Below are positions 1 through 11,557 of a stretch of DNA of 64,000 bases, piece after piece (the stretch's first letter is position 1; each line of letters begins with the position of its first letter). The notes beneath the pieces are model-generated. The model had not been told where the DNA came from. It saw nothing but the letters and a program-made list of their open reading frames with translations, and did no database searches. The DNA is from Adineta vaga. Lineage: Eukaryota; Animalia; Rotifera. The stretch lies in NCBI GenBank assembly GCA_021613535.1, contig CP075494.1, forward strand, positions 6,820,001 to 6,884,000, written 5' to 3'. The translations under genes and the position numbers were made by a program.

Positions 1-2654
1 TTGTCAAATGAAATTACAAAAATTCCCACTGGATAACCAAACATGTGTAGTTAATATTGGCAGTTGTATGTATCTGATATCGATGATATATATATAACCA
101 CGAAAACATTCTTTGTTTATTTCCAGATGGTTTCGCTACAAATGATTTGGCATTCTTTTGGGATGAAGCTCAAAATGTCAGTGCTATCCGAGTTAATGAA
201 GATCTTGAAATGCCTGATTTTGTCTTAAGTAATCACGAAGCAAGATACTGTAATCGAACAACAGCAACAGGTTTGATTCTATTTCATTGTTTGTAAATTC
301 GATTTACAAAGAAAAAAACTTTCTTCATTTGAGTACACTTTTAATTATATGCTGCAATCTTATATACATATATATGTATTTTCTTTTGTAATAAGTTTTC
401 TTTTCTCCTCGACTGACTCGTAGGAAAATTTGCTTGTATCGAAGTACATCTCGCTTTACAACGCAACATCAATTTATATTTACAACAGCTTTATTTACCA
501 TCAACATTAATTGTTGCTCTATCATTTATCGCATTTTGGATCGACTATAAATCTCATCCTGCACGAACATTATTGAGTCTACTCAGCATTGTTACTGTAA
601 CAACAAAGGCTGAAGGTACAAGAAAAACTTCTCTTTCTTATTGTTTTTTTATCTCTCTCTCTCTCTCATTCTCTTTACTCTAACCTTTATCTTGAGTAAA
701 AAAAGCTCATACACACACGCGCGCGCGCATATTCTGCTTGCACTATCCGTTTGTTTGTTTGTTCGTTGGTTGATTGATTTTTTTTTCTTTTGAGAATCAC
801 CACACGAAAGTTCCATGCACTTTTTAAAAAAATTTGACTAATATTTCATATGAGTTAGCAGCAAAGTATACACAAATGAAGAAAGTTTTTCAATTATATT
901 CGTTTATTTATTTAAACGATCGATATTCTAGGCAGTTTTACATGCCTTCTTGTTGTTCTTCATTTGAAACGTTTATTTGGTTATTATCTTGGTGAGTTTA
1001 GTAAATATGAATTATTTTCTTTTTTTAATATTATATGAGAATGCATCTGAGAAAGTTAAATTTCTATAGTTCAAGTTTATATTCCATCAATGCTTATTGT
1101 GATTCTTTCTTTTGTTTCATTTTGGATCGATCATAAGTCGGTAAGGTCGCCACTAAAGTCGAATAGCACACTTGTATTTCTAATCACTATATTCAGGTTC
1201 CAGCTAGAATATCAGTCGGTCTTTTAACTGTACTTACAGTTACTACTCAAAGCTCAGGTAACTAAATTAATCATTAAAAAAAACCATACAAGTGAATACT
1301 CATCATAATAATAAATCATTTCCATCCATATACACTTATTCACACCATGCTCACTGCTTCCTTTCTTCTTCTGTTCATCGAATGCTTTATTGCTTATTTT
1401 CATAGGGTCTTAGTCAGGAAGACATTTTTCAACTTTTTTTTATAAATATTAAAACATCTTTCTGGCTAACGACCTTGCTTAATGCTTTCACCCTTATCCA
1501 AAACTAAAATGAATATCAATTCGATTCGATTCTAATAGAAGTTTTTTAATCGTTATTTAGGTATACGATCACAATTGCCGCGTGTATCATATATAAAAGC
1601 CATTGATGTTTGGATGTCAGCATGTCTTGTTTTTGTTTTTGCTGGTCTACTTGAATATGCACTTGTTAATGTTATTGCTCGAAAAGGCGAATTAAGACAA
1701 CAAGTTCGTTTTTCAAAAGAAGTAAGTTTAAATATATTTGTATTTTGTTATATTATTGTTATCTCTTTAATGAAGTCTCGTTATATGAATGATAATCTAT
1801 TAATATATATTCATCTGTCTATTTCGACAATATATTGTAGAAAAAAAATCCAGACAGACCACCCAAAGTAACTCTGATACAAAAACTACAGAATGGCTCA
1901 TCTTTTGCTGCTGAGAGAGTAAATCAATTATATTTTTATTTTCATACGTAGTAGTTAATAGAATCTTTTCCCTAAAGCTTCTTCTTATATTTTTCTCACA
2001 TATACACATACACATTTATTTATATATATATATATATATATGTATATATAGTTTTCACAATATTATCATTATAATTATTCTTATTATACATTGATATTAG
2101 ATGATCTTAGTTGTTTTTCTTTTTTTGAAATTATTTTCTCTATCAATATTCCTCTTCAAGGTTATTGGCAATCGTCTTGCTCAAGTGCATTTCTATAAAA
2201 AAGATGATGCACATCAAAGTAGTGCTGAAACGATGGAAACACTTGTTCATAAAACAAGTGGTGCTGAGAGAAACTTAGGTGGAACTACCACTACTTCACA
2301 TGCTCATTATTCTTCAATGTCAAATGCTAATGCACCTTCACCAACACCACAGATTGTCTTGTCACAACCAGCACAATTAGCAAAAGCTGCTAAACCTGTT
2401 CGTGACAGTGCACAATTTGTAAGTGAAATTTAATCATCCAAAATCTTATGTGTTTTTTTTCTTTCTCTTTCTTCTCTAATTAAGGTGGATCTTATTTCAG
2501 CAGTTCTTTTTCCTGTTGCCTTTATTGTATTTAATATTATTTACTGGTAAGAATTTACTTTTGTTTTGTTCTCTATCAACACAATATTTTGCATCTGTCA
2601 TTAATGTTTAGGATGGTTTATCTCAATATGCATGTTGAATATGTTTTGAAATAA
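1..2654 (+). CDS. Cys-loop ligand-gated chloride channel subunit (GluCl/GlyR-like), 5'-truncated by the window edge. Exons <1-65, 127-270, [424-615 OR 932-991+1070-1140+1197-1257], 1561-1721, (1841-1867/1918), 2161-2418, 2485-2546, 2612-2654
   Basis: Cys-loop [15 protein letters not shown]; second loop-C cysteine pair ([10 protein letters not shown]); anion-selective PAR motif before M2; M3 [22 protein letters not shown]; M4 [20 protein letters not shown]; GT-AG junctions in consistent phase. Confidence 0.93.
424..615 (+). other. Alternative pore exon A (beta10-M1-M2), 192 nt, phase 1-1
   Basis: AG at 422-423, GT at 616-617; translates [64 protein letters not shown](G) without stops. Confidence 0.85.
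711..728. repeat. (AC)n(GC)n alternating purine-pyrimidine tract, preceded by (CT)n at ~653-667
   Basis: acacacacgcgcgcgcgc seen directly in the intron between the two pore modules. Confidence 0.8.
932..1257 (+). other. Alternative pore cassette B (three exons 932-991, 1070-1140, 1197-1257; 192 nt total)
   Basis: Translates [20 protein letters not shown]|[24 protein letters not shown]|[20 protein letters not shown](G); canonical donors gtgagt, gtaagg, gtaact. Confidence 0.9.
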
Positions 2655-3288
2655 TCAATAATGACATTTAATCAATAAAACAAAACATTGAAAGTTTTCT
2701 TTTTCTTTTTGTTTAAATCTATCAACGAATGCCATACAATGATGTTGTTTCGTTTTCCCTTTTTCTTTCGTTTTCTTTTTTTTTTTTGAATGTAATGATC
2801 ATCATCGAACAGTGTATGTCTTATTTTTTAATGTGATACATGATGGATGTATTAATGAATATCTCGACAAATAATTCTTATGTATCGAATAAACATTTTC
2901 CTTTTTTTCAATATTCTTGAATGAATGAAAATATAATTGATTTCGACAAACTATTCTCTATAATTGAATGCATAGAATGTTCACATTTTCACGAAGAGAA
3001 AAAACGTCCAACTTTATTTATAATTCTTAATTTTAATTATACGCGTGTTTATCCTTGCAGCTTTAATGTAATCAAGCATTCTTCATTCTTTTTTTCTTAT
3101 ATTTTAATGATAGCATGTCTTACAAAATGAAAACATTTACGTCGTCTTATTTCCGTTCATTTCATCATAGTATAACTGACACACTTTGAAATATCTAAAT
3201 GCTTCCTTTTTTTCTGTAGAATTTTTCTTCACAATGAAAAAAATATGTAATGACACAAAATAAAATGAAATGCTTTGCTTAGTTTCAT

Positions 3289-5152
3289 TCATTTTCCATT
3301 TGACGGATCATTATTACCAAGTTTATTCATAAAATCTTCTCGATTCTTTTCATCTTTACGCTGCATTGCTTGACGTCGTTTAAATGGCGTCCAAAATGTC
3401 CATAATAAAATTAAGATTTGATATAAACAAAAGATGAATGATAAGACATAAAATCCATATCGATCTAAACGACAAAGAGAATATTCAGGATAAAGCGAAA
3501 GATGAAGTGCATTGGTTGCCACGGGTGTTAAATATGACGCTAAATAAATTTGATTATAATAGATATAACTAACAACACCATGGAATACATTGATTACACA
3601 CAAAGCAACGATCGATGCGATTGCATAAACTGAAAAAGAAAAGATTGAAAGAAAAAAATACTGATGAATTTCACGATTAAATTTACCATCTAAAGCTGTG
3701 AGATACGATATTGTTCTAATAGAAAAAGAGGATCAGTTCAATCTTTTATGTATTAATAAAACTTACGGAAGAGATTTATTGACGACCCATCGAAAAGTGA
3801 CTGATGTTAGAAGAAGAGTACATGTTATTTGTAAACGTCCATGTGAATTTGATGGTGGTATAGCAAAAGTTGAAAGTGCAGCTGATGTAATTAAAAAAAT
3901 TAGAAAATATGCATTCCTATTTTTCAAGAAAATCAAAGAAAGTTTCTTTGAAGAAGAAAATTTTTGATTTTTACCAAATATAATAACCACATTTTCTTCC
4001 AACATGACATGTACAAACAAGAACGGGATGTATTTGATCATAATTTAATGAATATTCTTCTCGATATTGTTCAAATTGAAATTCTACATGTTCATATAAA
4101 TGCCAAGATTGTTGGTCGCTGAAAACAGTTCGATTAACGCCTGATGGTTTTTGTTTATTTTCAGCAAAATAAATATCATGTAATGTTAATGGTGTTGTTA
4201 AAGAAATCGATAGTTCTTGAACATCATATGGAAAATGATTCAATTCCATTCGTTCCCAAAACACACCTTTAAATTTATGATATTCAGTTACTTCGAGAAG
4301 ACCATTCTCAGCCGTTTTATTAGTTGCATACCATTTCTATTTTGGGGGAAAAAAGAAAAAGTTTATACAGATATTTAACAAATGAAATCTACATACTTCA
4401 TGTCTTAATGAATCGCCCATATGATTAAGAACAACTAATTGTGGATTAAAATGACCTGGATGAGATTCGGACTTTGATCCACGTTTATGTTCTCGTGTGT
4501 ACCATGTTGCTTCAAAGAAAATCTCACTTGTATACCGTTCATTGAGAGTATCGATTTCTCCAACACGTAGAAAAATGCAACGAACACGAACTTCAATTGG
4601 AAGAGGCTTTTGAATGATATCCGTAGGAATTGTTGTTGTAACATTGGAAAGATAAGTTGATCGTGTATTTTCATCTGGTGATTTATTATTTGCATCATCT
4701 GGTGTTTGAACTTTAGATGAAAGCATATTTGGATTAGAGGAAATCATATTTAATCGACTAAGACTTGTGAATATTTTTTGATCTTTATAATCTGATGATG
4801 AAACAGCAAAAGTCGATGCATTTCGTAATGCAAATTGATCAAGATATGGATATGATGATGATGTACATGGAGATGTTAAAGAAAGTGTATCATCGAATGA
4901 TTGATCAGATGCTGTTAAACGTTGGATTGTGTGAAGAGTTGGTGCTTCAGGAATTGAAGTATGATGATGATGATGATGATTTGTTGATGATTGAGGATGA
5001 TGATAATGAGACGCGCCCACTAAAATCAAATACGAAAAATTTTCTCGATTGTTTTCCTGAGTCGATGACATTAGTTCATATTTGTATATAAATCACAATT
5101 TGATTTCAAATAAAAGAAGAAAAATAACACCTGGAGTTCTATGTTGACTCAT
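3289..5152 (-). CDS. Cys-less (Pro-loop) pentameric ligand-gated ion channel subunit, multi-exon
   Basis: beta1-2 IEVRVRCIFLRVGEIDTLNERYTSEIFFEATW; loop A FNPQL; Pro-loop ERMELNHFPYDVQEL with no cysteines; pre-M1 GRKCGYYIW|NAYFL; M2 GRLQITCTLLLTSVTFRWVVNKSLP; M3 and M4 hydrophobic segments. Start MSQHRTP|VGAS is inferred. Confidence 0.85.
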
Positions 5153-7630
5153 AGATCAGTGAGAATGGTAGAGATAATATTGTCCCATTGCGCTAGGTCA
5201 AAGAATAGTGTAACTTACGTAAAAGATTCGCGTTTCCACTTAATGCCATGTTGTATCAAATCACGTTCCTAGAAAATAACAAAAAGAAGAAATGATATAC
5301 AAAAATCTTCTTCTGATTTTGATATTATCAGGAGAATAGATGTAAACACTTTCTTCTTATCATACATAAAGGTAGACAACAATTCATTTACATAATAAAT
5401 TAGTGGTATTCAAATGATCCTAAATTATCTAAAATAAAAAAGATCAATAATTCCTCCTGGGTTTTTAAAATTTCATAAATAAATGCGATAAATATCAAAG
5501 AAATGATAAACGAATGATACTCATTCATCGAATATATAATCGATTGAATAAAACAGAATCTTAGGAGATTGATCTTAACGGTTACATTTATATAAAACTA
5601 TCAATCTTATCTTATAAAATCATTATAACATTGTTTATGTCATATTCATCTTCTCACATGATGTTATCAACATCTAATCGTCTAAATCAAACTGCTAATC
5701 GTATCTTATTAGACACTATTTATTTATTATTTCTCTCCCAGCGAACATAAATAAACGGTAACTAAATGTTTATTTTCTCTTTCATGCTCAACTTACATCG
5801 ATTTTCCAAATGAAAATGATTTGCTTCCGTATTCTTTTTTTTTCTCACAAAATCATAAACTTTTAATTTCCCTGAGCGAAACAGAAACAAAACAAGTAAA
5901 TACAATATCAATTCTCCTAAGTCATATCATTATTAGTTTTTTTCTTCTTCTATACATCGTTATCGTGATATCAGATAATCGAATACTTACGAATATGGTT
6001 AGATAAAATTCGATTAAGAATATTAATACATTGATTAGATTTCTTACATGGAAAAATATTTCGCATCTCGTTAGAGATTTGTTAACGCTATTTCAATGAT
6101 AATTAGCTGTTTACAACAGAAGTCGTTCGTACGGTTTTCTTTCTGAAAAGAAAAACAATGAGAGATGCAGAGGGAAATATTTCTACAGTAGATCTTCTAA
6201 TGTAACAAGCGGAGTTTTCATTAAGACTTCGACAACAAATATTCCTATGACAGTAAGATGACGGTAGATAATGACAGTAGGAAAACAAATCTTATTTCGA
6301 GATTCTTAATGCTATGCTCTTAATAGTATATCTGGTATTGTTTTTTGTTCTATATTTATTTACATAGAAGAATAAATAGACGTCGATGGATATTATGACA
6401 TTCCTGACACGTTAGAGATATCTCATCTAATGAAATTTCTTTTTCATCTCAAATAAATCTTCTTTGATCTTCAAAATCAAAACTGTGATTTTCTTTTTTC
6501 GAAAAAGGATTTACTTCATATCGATCAAGGTTATATGAAAGGAGTCTCTTGTTAATATACATCGTTTAAAGTGGAAAATATTGTGTTGTTTTCATTTTAT
6601 TATTTCTCGAAGGAAATTGCACTATTTACTATCTTCTACAGATTTATGAATAAATCGACGAAATTAATCTATGTTTTGCCAGACAAAACATTCTTTCTTA
6701 GTTGGGAATATGACCTTTAGAGATATGAAAACAATACATATTTGGTTTCATGAACAGGTCAATGTAGATTGCTGTACTTTACAATCATTAAATTTCATTA
6801 TGTATAGTAAATGCTCACCTGCTATTTCGAATTAATTAAGAAAGAAATAAAATCATAGATACTGTATACATCGATATTGATCGAATGGTTTCAAAAATAC
6901 TTGTACACTGAATTAGCCTTGGATCTGACATTGCACATAATTAAATAGATATTTACTCAAACGAATCATTTTTCAATTTCTCATTTGTCAGATGTGTCAC
7001 GTTTATGAACATGAAAAGAAATTATCTTCCTATTTACAGATCGTGCTATCGTCAAAACTGTATTAACCAAGTTTAGTTTGATCATCGAAATCATATCATA
7101 TAATACGATTGAATATCTCTGACTAAATGCTTGTACTATCGCTATACATTCTGTAAAGACGAGAGGTCGCTGATTGACAGTGCTGTATTTTTCTTTGTTT
7201 ATTCCTATGGTACATCTAAGCAACTAACCGTTTGTTCGTTCTATCGTCTTTATAAAAATGACTCATGAAATGTTTCTCTCGAGTTTAGCGAAAGCTGATC
7301 ATTGATCAAACAATGATAAATACAGAAAATATACTTTTATAAATCGAACGAATTCCAACATGAATTGTATTTCTACAATCAAACTAAATGTTTTTCACCA
7401 GATTACTCGGCGCAATTGAAAAAAATAAGAACAAATCACAAATTACGCATGACTGAATTATGCAGAACAAGTTAAACTTTTAATCGAATGTTCACGTTTA
7501 TGAATGCGATACCGTTTGAAATTAAATAGAACGTTTTATATTACGTAAACATACTATTGACGAATACTAATATCGAAGATTGTTATTATGCATTTCGTTG
7601 GTTTTTTTTAATTTTCTCTTGAAGATATCA

Positions 7631-8958
7631 ATGAAAAGAATATCACATTTTAGTAAAGTTCGATCGAATAGAATCAAATATTTGAAATTATTTCCACTGT
7701 TTATTTATGATATCGATCGAGTAAGTGAAACTATTGAGATTTCTTTTCAAATGAATTTTTGTAAGTTTAGGTTGAAGAAGATGAAGAGCATTGGCCATGT
7801 TATCAAGCTAAAATTGTAGATGACCTTGTTATGATTCCAGATGTTGAACAAGGAGATAAACTTTGTCGATATGTAAGTATAAAACTACTTTGAACATTGC
7901 TGACATTCGTTTCTATAGGGAAGTTTTGGTAAATGTGAATTTGTTCGTACAACAACTCAAGTATCTCCATCGTTACCATTAGAAACAATTCCAAATAGTA
8001 AAAAAGAATACGAAAAACCCTATCGATTACGATCCATTGGATATACAGATACAAGGTTTGTTGTTAATTATTTTTAATAATTTATTGAATTAAACTTTCT
8101 AGTGAACCAATATCTTCTTTTGAAAAAGAATTTCTTGATGAATTAAATCAGAAAATGTTTTTATCATCCGTTGATCAAATTCGTGAACAGAATCATCAAG
8201 AATGTCAAACACGTCTTGAACAAATTCAAATTTATCCATCCACTTCCACGACTGACCCCAAACGACTATTTGATAATCAAATGGATATTTCCTCATCAAA
8301 ATTAATTGTCTACGAACATGTTTATCTTTTACCCGAAGAAGTTTGATTGATGTCATTATTTAATCAGGAAAAATTCCATTTGTTTTTTTCTATAGACAAT
8401 TTTTCTACAACATGCTCTTGGTTGCTTAAACGTCAAAGACGAAACTAATCAGGTACGATAACTATGGAATTGTATTTTCTTACGGTCATATCTCTAGATT
8501 TTATCTCCAGATGATCTATGGCATCGATTTATTTTAAAAGATTCATTATTTCCAATCAAATATGCTGTTTATTATTATTTCCGTAGTAATGGATGGATTG
8601 TGAAATGTGGATTAAAATTTGGTTGTGATTATAGTGAGAATTACTTTGATTTTGAATAAATTAAGATGATCGTCTCTATTCTATAGTGCTTTATAAATTT
8701 GGTCCAAGTTTTAATCATGCTAATTATTGTGTTTCAATTGAAAATTTTTGGAAGATCAATAGTTCAACTTGGTCATTTCTATCGGGTCTAAATCGAGCAT
8801 GTTTAAATGCTGCTAAAACTTTACTTTTAGTTCATGTTGATCAATCAAATATGATTTCGACTTCTATCGAAGAATTTCTTGAACAAACAAAGATAAAAAC
8901 GATAGAAATTCAACGATGGATACCAACACAAAATCAATCTGCCGAAGAAATGAAATAA
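7631..8958 (+). CDS. TSEN2: tRNA-splicing endonuclease catalytic subunit Sen2
   Basis: YGSFGK N-terminal motif; EHVYLLPEE; YYYFRSNGWIVKCGLKFGCDY; catalytic Y/H in LYKFGPSFNHANY and K in AAKTLLL; multi-exon. Confidence 0.88.
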
Positions 8959-8991
8959 TTCTCTTTGTTTCTTTCAGATAGATTCTTTATA

Positions 8992-10438
8992 ATGACGTGG
9001 CTCATGTGGATTTTTCTTGCTAGTTTTGTAATGTGTACGTGAAGCTGCTCTCATCGTATGCAACGATATCTTACTTCCTCAAAATTAACATGTTTTTCTT
9101 TTCTTTAAAAATTTCTAGTCATTCTCTATCTGGTAAATATATACTACGTGTCTGGTACACGATGTCCATCATCAGATCGAATGGATGGGAAAACTGTAGT
9201 AATTACAGGAAGTAATACAGGTGTTGGAAAATACACGGCGATTGAATTAGCCAAACGAGGTAGGGGAGATGTTCGTGTGAGGTTTGATTAATGGAATTTG
9301 TTTTTTGTTATTTAGGTGCACATGTCATTCTGGCATGTCGAGATCGGAAACGAACAGAAGAAGCATTGAAAGAGATATGTAAATTATCAGGAAGTGATCG
9401 AGTAGAAATGGAAATGCTTGATCTTTCTTCATTGAAATCAGTTCGTGAATGTGCTAAACGATTATATAAAAAATTAACAAAATTAGATGTTTTAATTAAC
9501 AATGCTGGTGAGTAAAGAATTAAGAATGAGTTAACTTTCCAAAACAACAACGTATTTTACCTTTTTGATTACATGAAGTATATCATATTCTATATCTTTA
9601 GGCGTGATGATGGCATCAGGAAAGTCTGCCGATGGTTATGAAATTCATTTTGCTGTCAATCATCTGGGTCATTTTCTTCTAACCAATCTTCTTTTGGATC
9701 TAATGAAAAAAGCACCATCAGCTCGTATAATTACTGTTTCATCAGTCAACCATGCTTGTAAATCGTTTATTCATTTTCACTAATAATCTATTTAATTTTT
9801 TTTTCGATAAGTTAGTTTGGAACTTGAAAATTAACTGGGATGATATCAATTTTACAAAACCATACTGGAAAATGAATGCTTATTCTCATAGTAAATTAGC
9901 GAATGTTCTATTCACTAATGAATTAGCACGAAGATTAAAAGGTTTATTTTAGCATTCGAAATCATCCATTAATATTCTCATTGAAATTTTTCTTAGATAC
10001 AAATATTACAGCAAATAGTCTTCATCCAGGTAAATGAATATCTTATTGAATTAATATATTCAGTCAATAATTTTCTAGGGGTTGTTCGAACGGAAGTCAC
10101 GCGAAATATTCTCGGTCGGTATCAAATTGTATTAGATAGTATAATTTTACTGATTACACCAGTATGGTGGTGTTTAACTAAAAGTCCTGAACAAGGAGCT
10201 CAAACATCGATCTATCTTGCCACTGATCGTCAATTAGAACATGTTACAGGAAAATATTTTTCGTGAGTTATGTCTTTTTTTCTCTTCTTTTTCTTACTGA
10301 GATTTTATCTCTAGAGAATGTCAAGAACGTTCTTCATCGAAAACATCACTTGACCAACAAATTGCTGAACGTTTATGGAAATTAAGTGAAGATATGACGA
10401 ATTTAAATGACGCATTGAAAGATATTTCTAATAATTAA
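8992..10438 (+). CDS. Retinol dehydrogenase 11/12/13-like short-chain dehydrogenase/reductase
   Basis: N-terminal hydrophobic anchor; [13 protein letters not shown]; LDVLINNAG; NHLGHFLLT; YSHSK catalytic motif; SLHPGVVRT. Confidence 0.92.
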
Positions 10439-10527
10439 TTAACACGAATTTTCAATTATAAACTGATTTTTTTTTGATAAAAATAATGAATATTTAAAGT
10501 AATAGTTTCAGATAGATTGATTGATAA

Positions 10528-11515
10528 ATGATGACAAATATGAATGAATATTGTTCGAATTGTCAACAATCATCATCATATCCAATGGTTCGTTCAACAT
10601 GGGCAAGAGCTGCTTTAAATAAAATTGAAAATGATCGATGTTTACAAGCAATTGATCGAACAAAATGGTATCGTTTATCTCGACATGATCTTCTAGATGA
10701 TGAATATCAAGAACGATTTTATGAATTAAATGAAGATGAAGATACAAAACAATTTATCAAACAAAGTGAAGAAAAATCTGAGAATGTTTTCCTACAAATT
10801 ATTCATAGTTTCATGACATCTTTATTAACTTTATTTATTACACGAACATCAGGTATGAGGATTGATTGATTTGTTTTTTTTTCCATTGATTTCAATGAAT
10901 CTATTTGTAGCAAATGGTTTAATCGGTCGTGGACGTATGTTTGTCTATTCGACAACTCAATTTAAAACTTTACTTGATATTGAATCGGATTCTAAATCAC
11001 CATATACCACTCTACTTGATATCGGTGCTGGTGATGGTTCAATTACTGAACGGATGGCGAGTATTTTTCAAAAAGTTTATGTTACTGAATTATCTCCAGC
11101 GATGCAATGGCGTTTATCAACATCTGGTTATACAGTACTCGATACAGATCAATGGGGAGATAATCATTTTGATGTTATTACCTGTTTAAATGTTCTTGAT
11201 CGTTGTGAAAATCCTTTACAATTACTAAAACAAATTCATGATCATCTAAATCCTAAAACTGGTCGTTTAATTCTTAGCCTTGTCCTTCCATTTAAACCCT
11301 ATTTTGAATATAGTAACAATCATCGTCCAACTGAATCTTTACAAATCGAAGGTGATCTACCTGAAGAACAAATAAATAGTTTTCTATCGAATGTTATTCA
11401 ACCATTAGGTTTTCATTTGGAAAAATTTACACGTTTACCATATCTATGTGAAGGTGATATTGAGCGAAGTTATTACTTTCTCTTCGATTATGTCTTTGTC
11501 TTTGCAATATCTTAA
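10528..11515 (+). CDS. METTL9: Protein-L-histidine N-pros-methyltransferase (METTL9/DREV), 2 exons
   Basis: TRTS|ANGLIGRGRMFVYS; LLDIGAGDG; FDVITCLNVLDRC; TRLPYLCEGD. Confidence 0.93.
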
Positions 11516-11557
11516 TTGAATATTTCTCTCTTTCAGATATACGCATAGATATATATT

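Noticed and set aside
424-615. Exon A as an assembly duplication or haplotype artefact
   Set aside because: A and B are highly diverged and differ in intron structure; an artefact would give near-identical copies
3763-4264. Apparent frameshifts between consecutive ORFs here and in METTL9, EPS15 and the RTK
   Set aside because: Explained by ~50-70 nt GT-AG introns
4435-5091. Overlapping or antisense ORFs (e.g. 4435-4698, 4795-5091, also 10508-10747, 33012-33263, 38891-39181)
   Set aside because: Shadow ORFs of real coding exons and low-complexity codon repeats
5300-7600. Short ORFs (5821, 6103, 6981) in the 2.3-kb divergent intergenic region
   Set aside because: No recognisable motifs, non-ATG starts or AT-rich bias, and no convincing exon chain; I could not find repeats or RNA genes by eye
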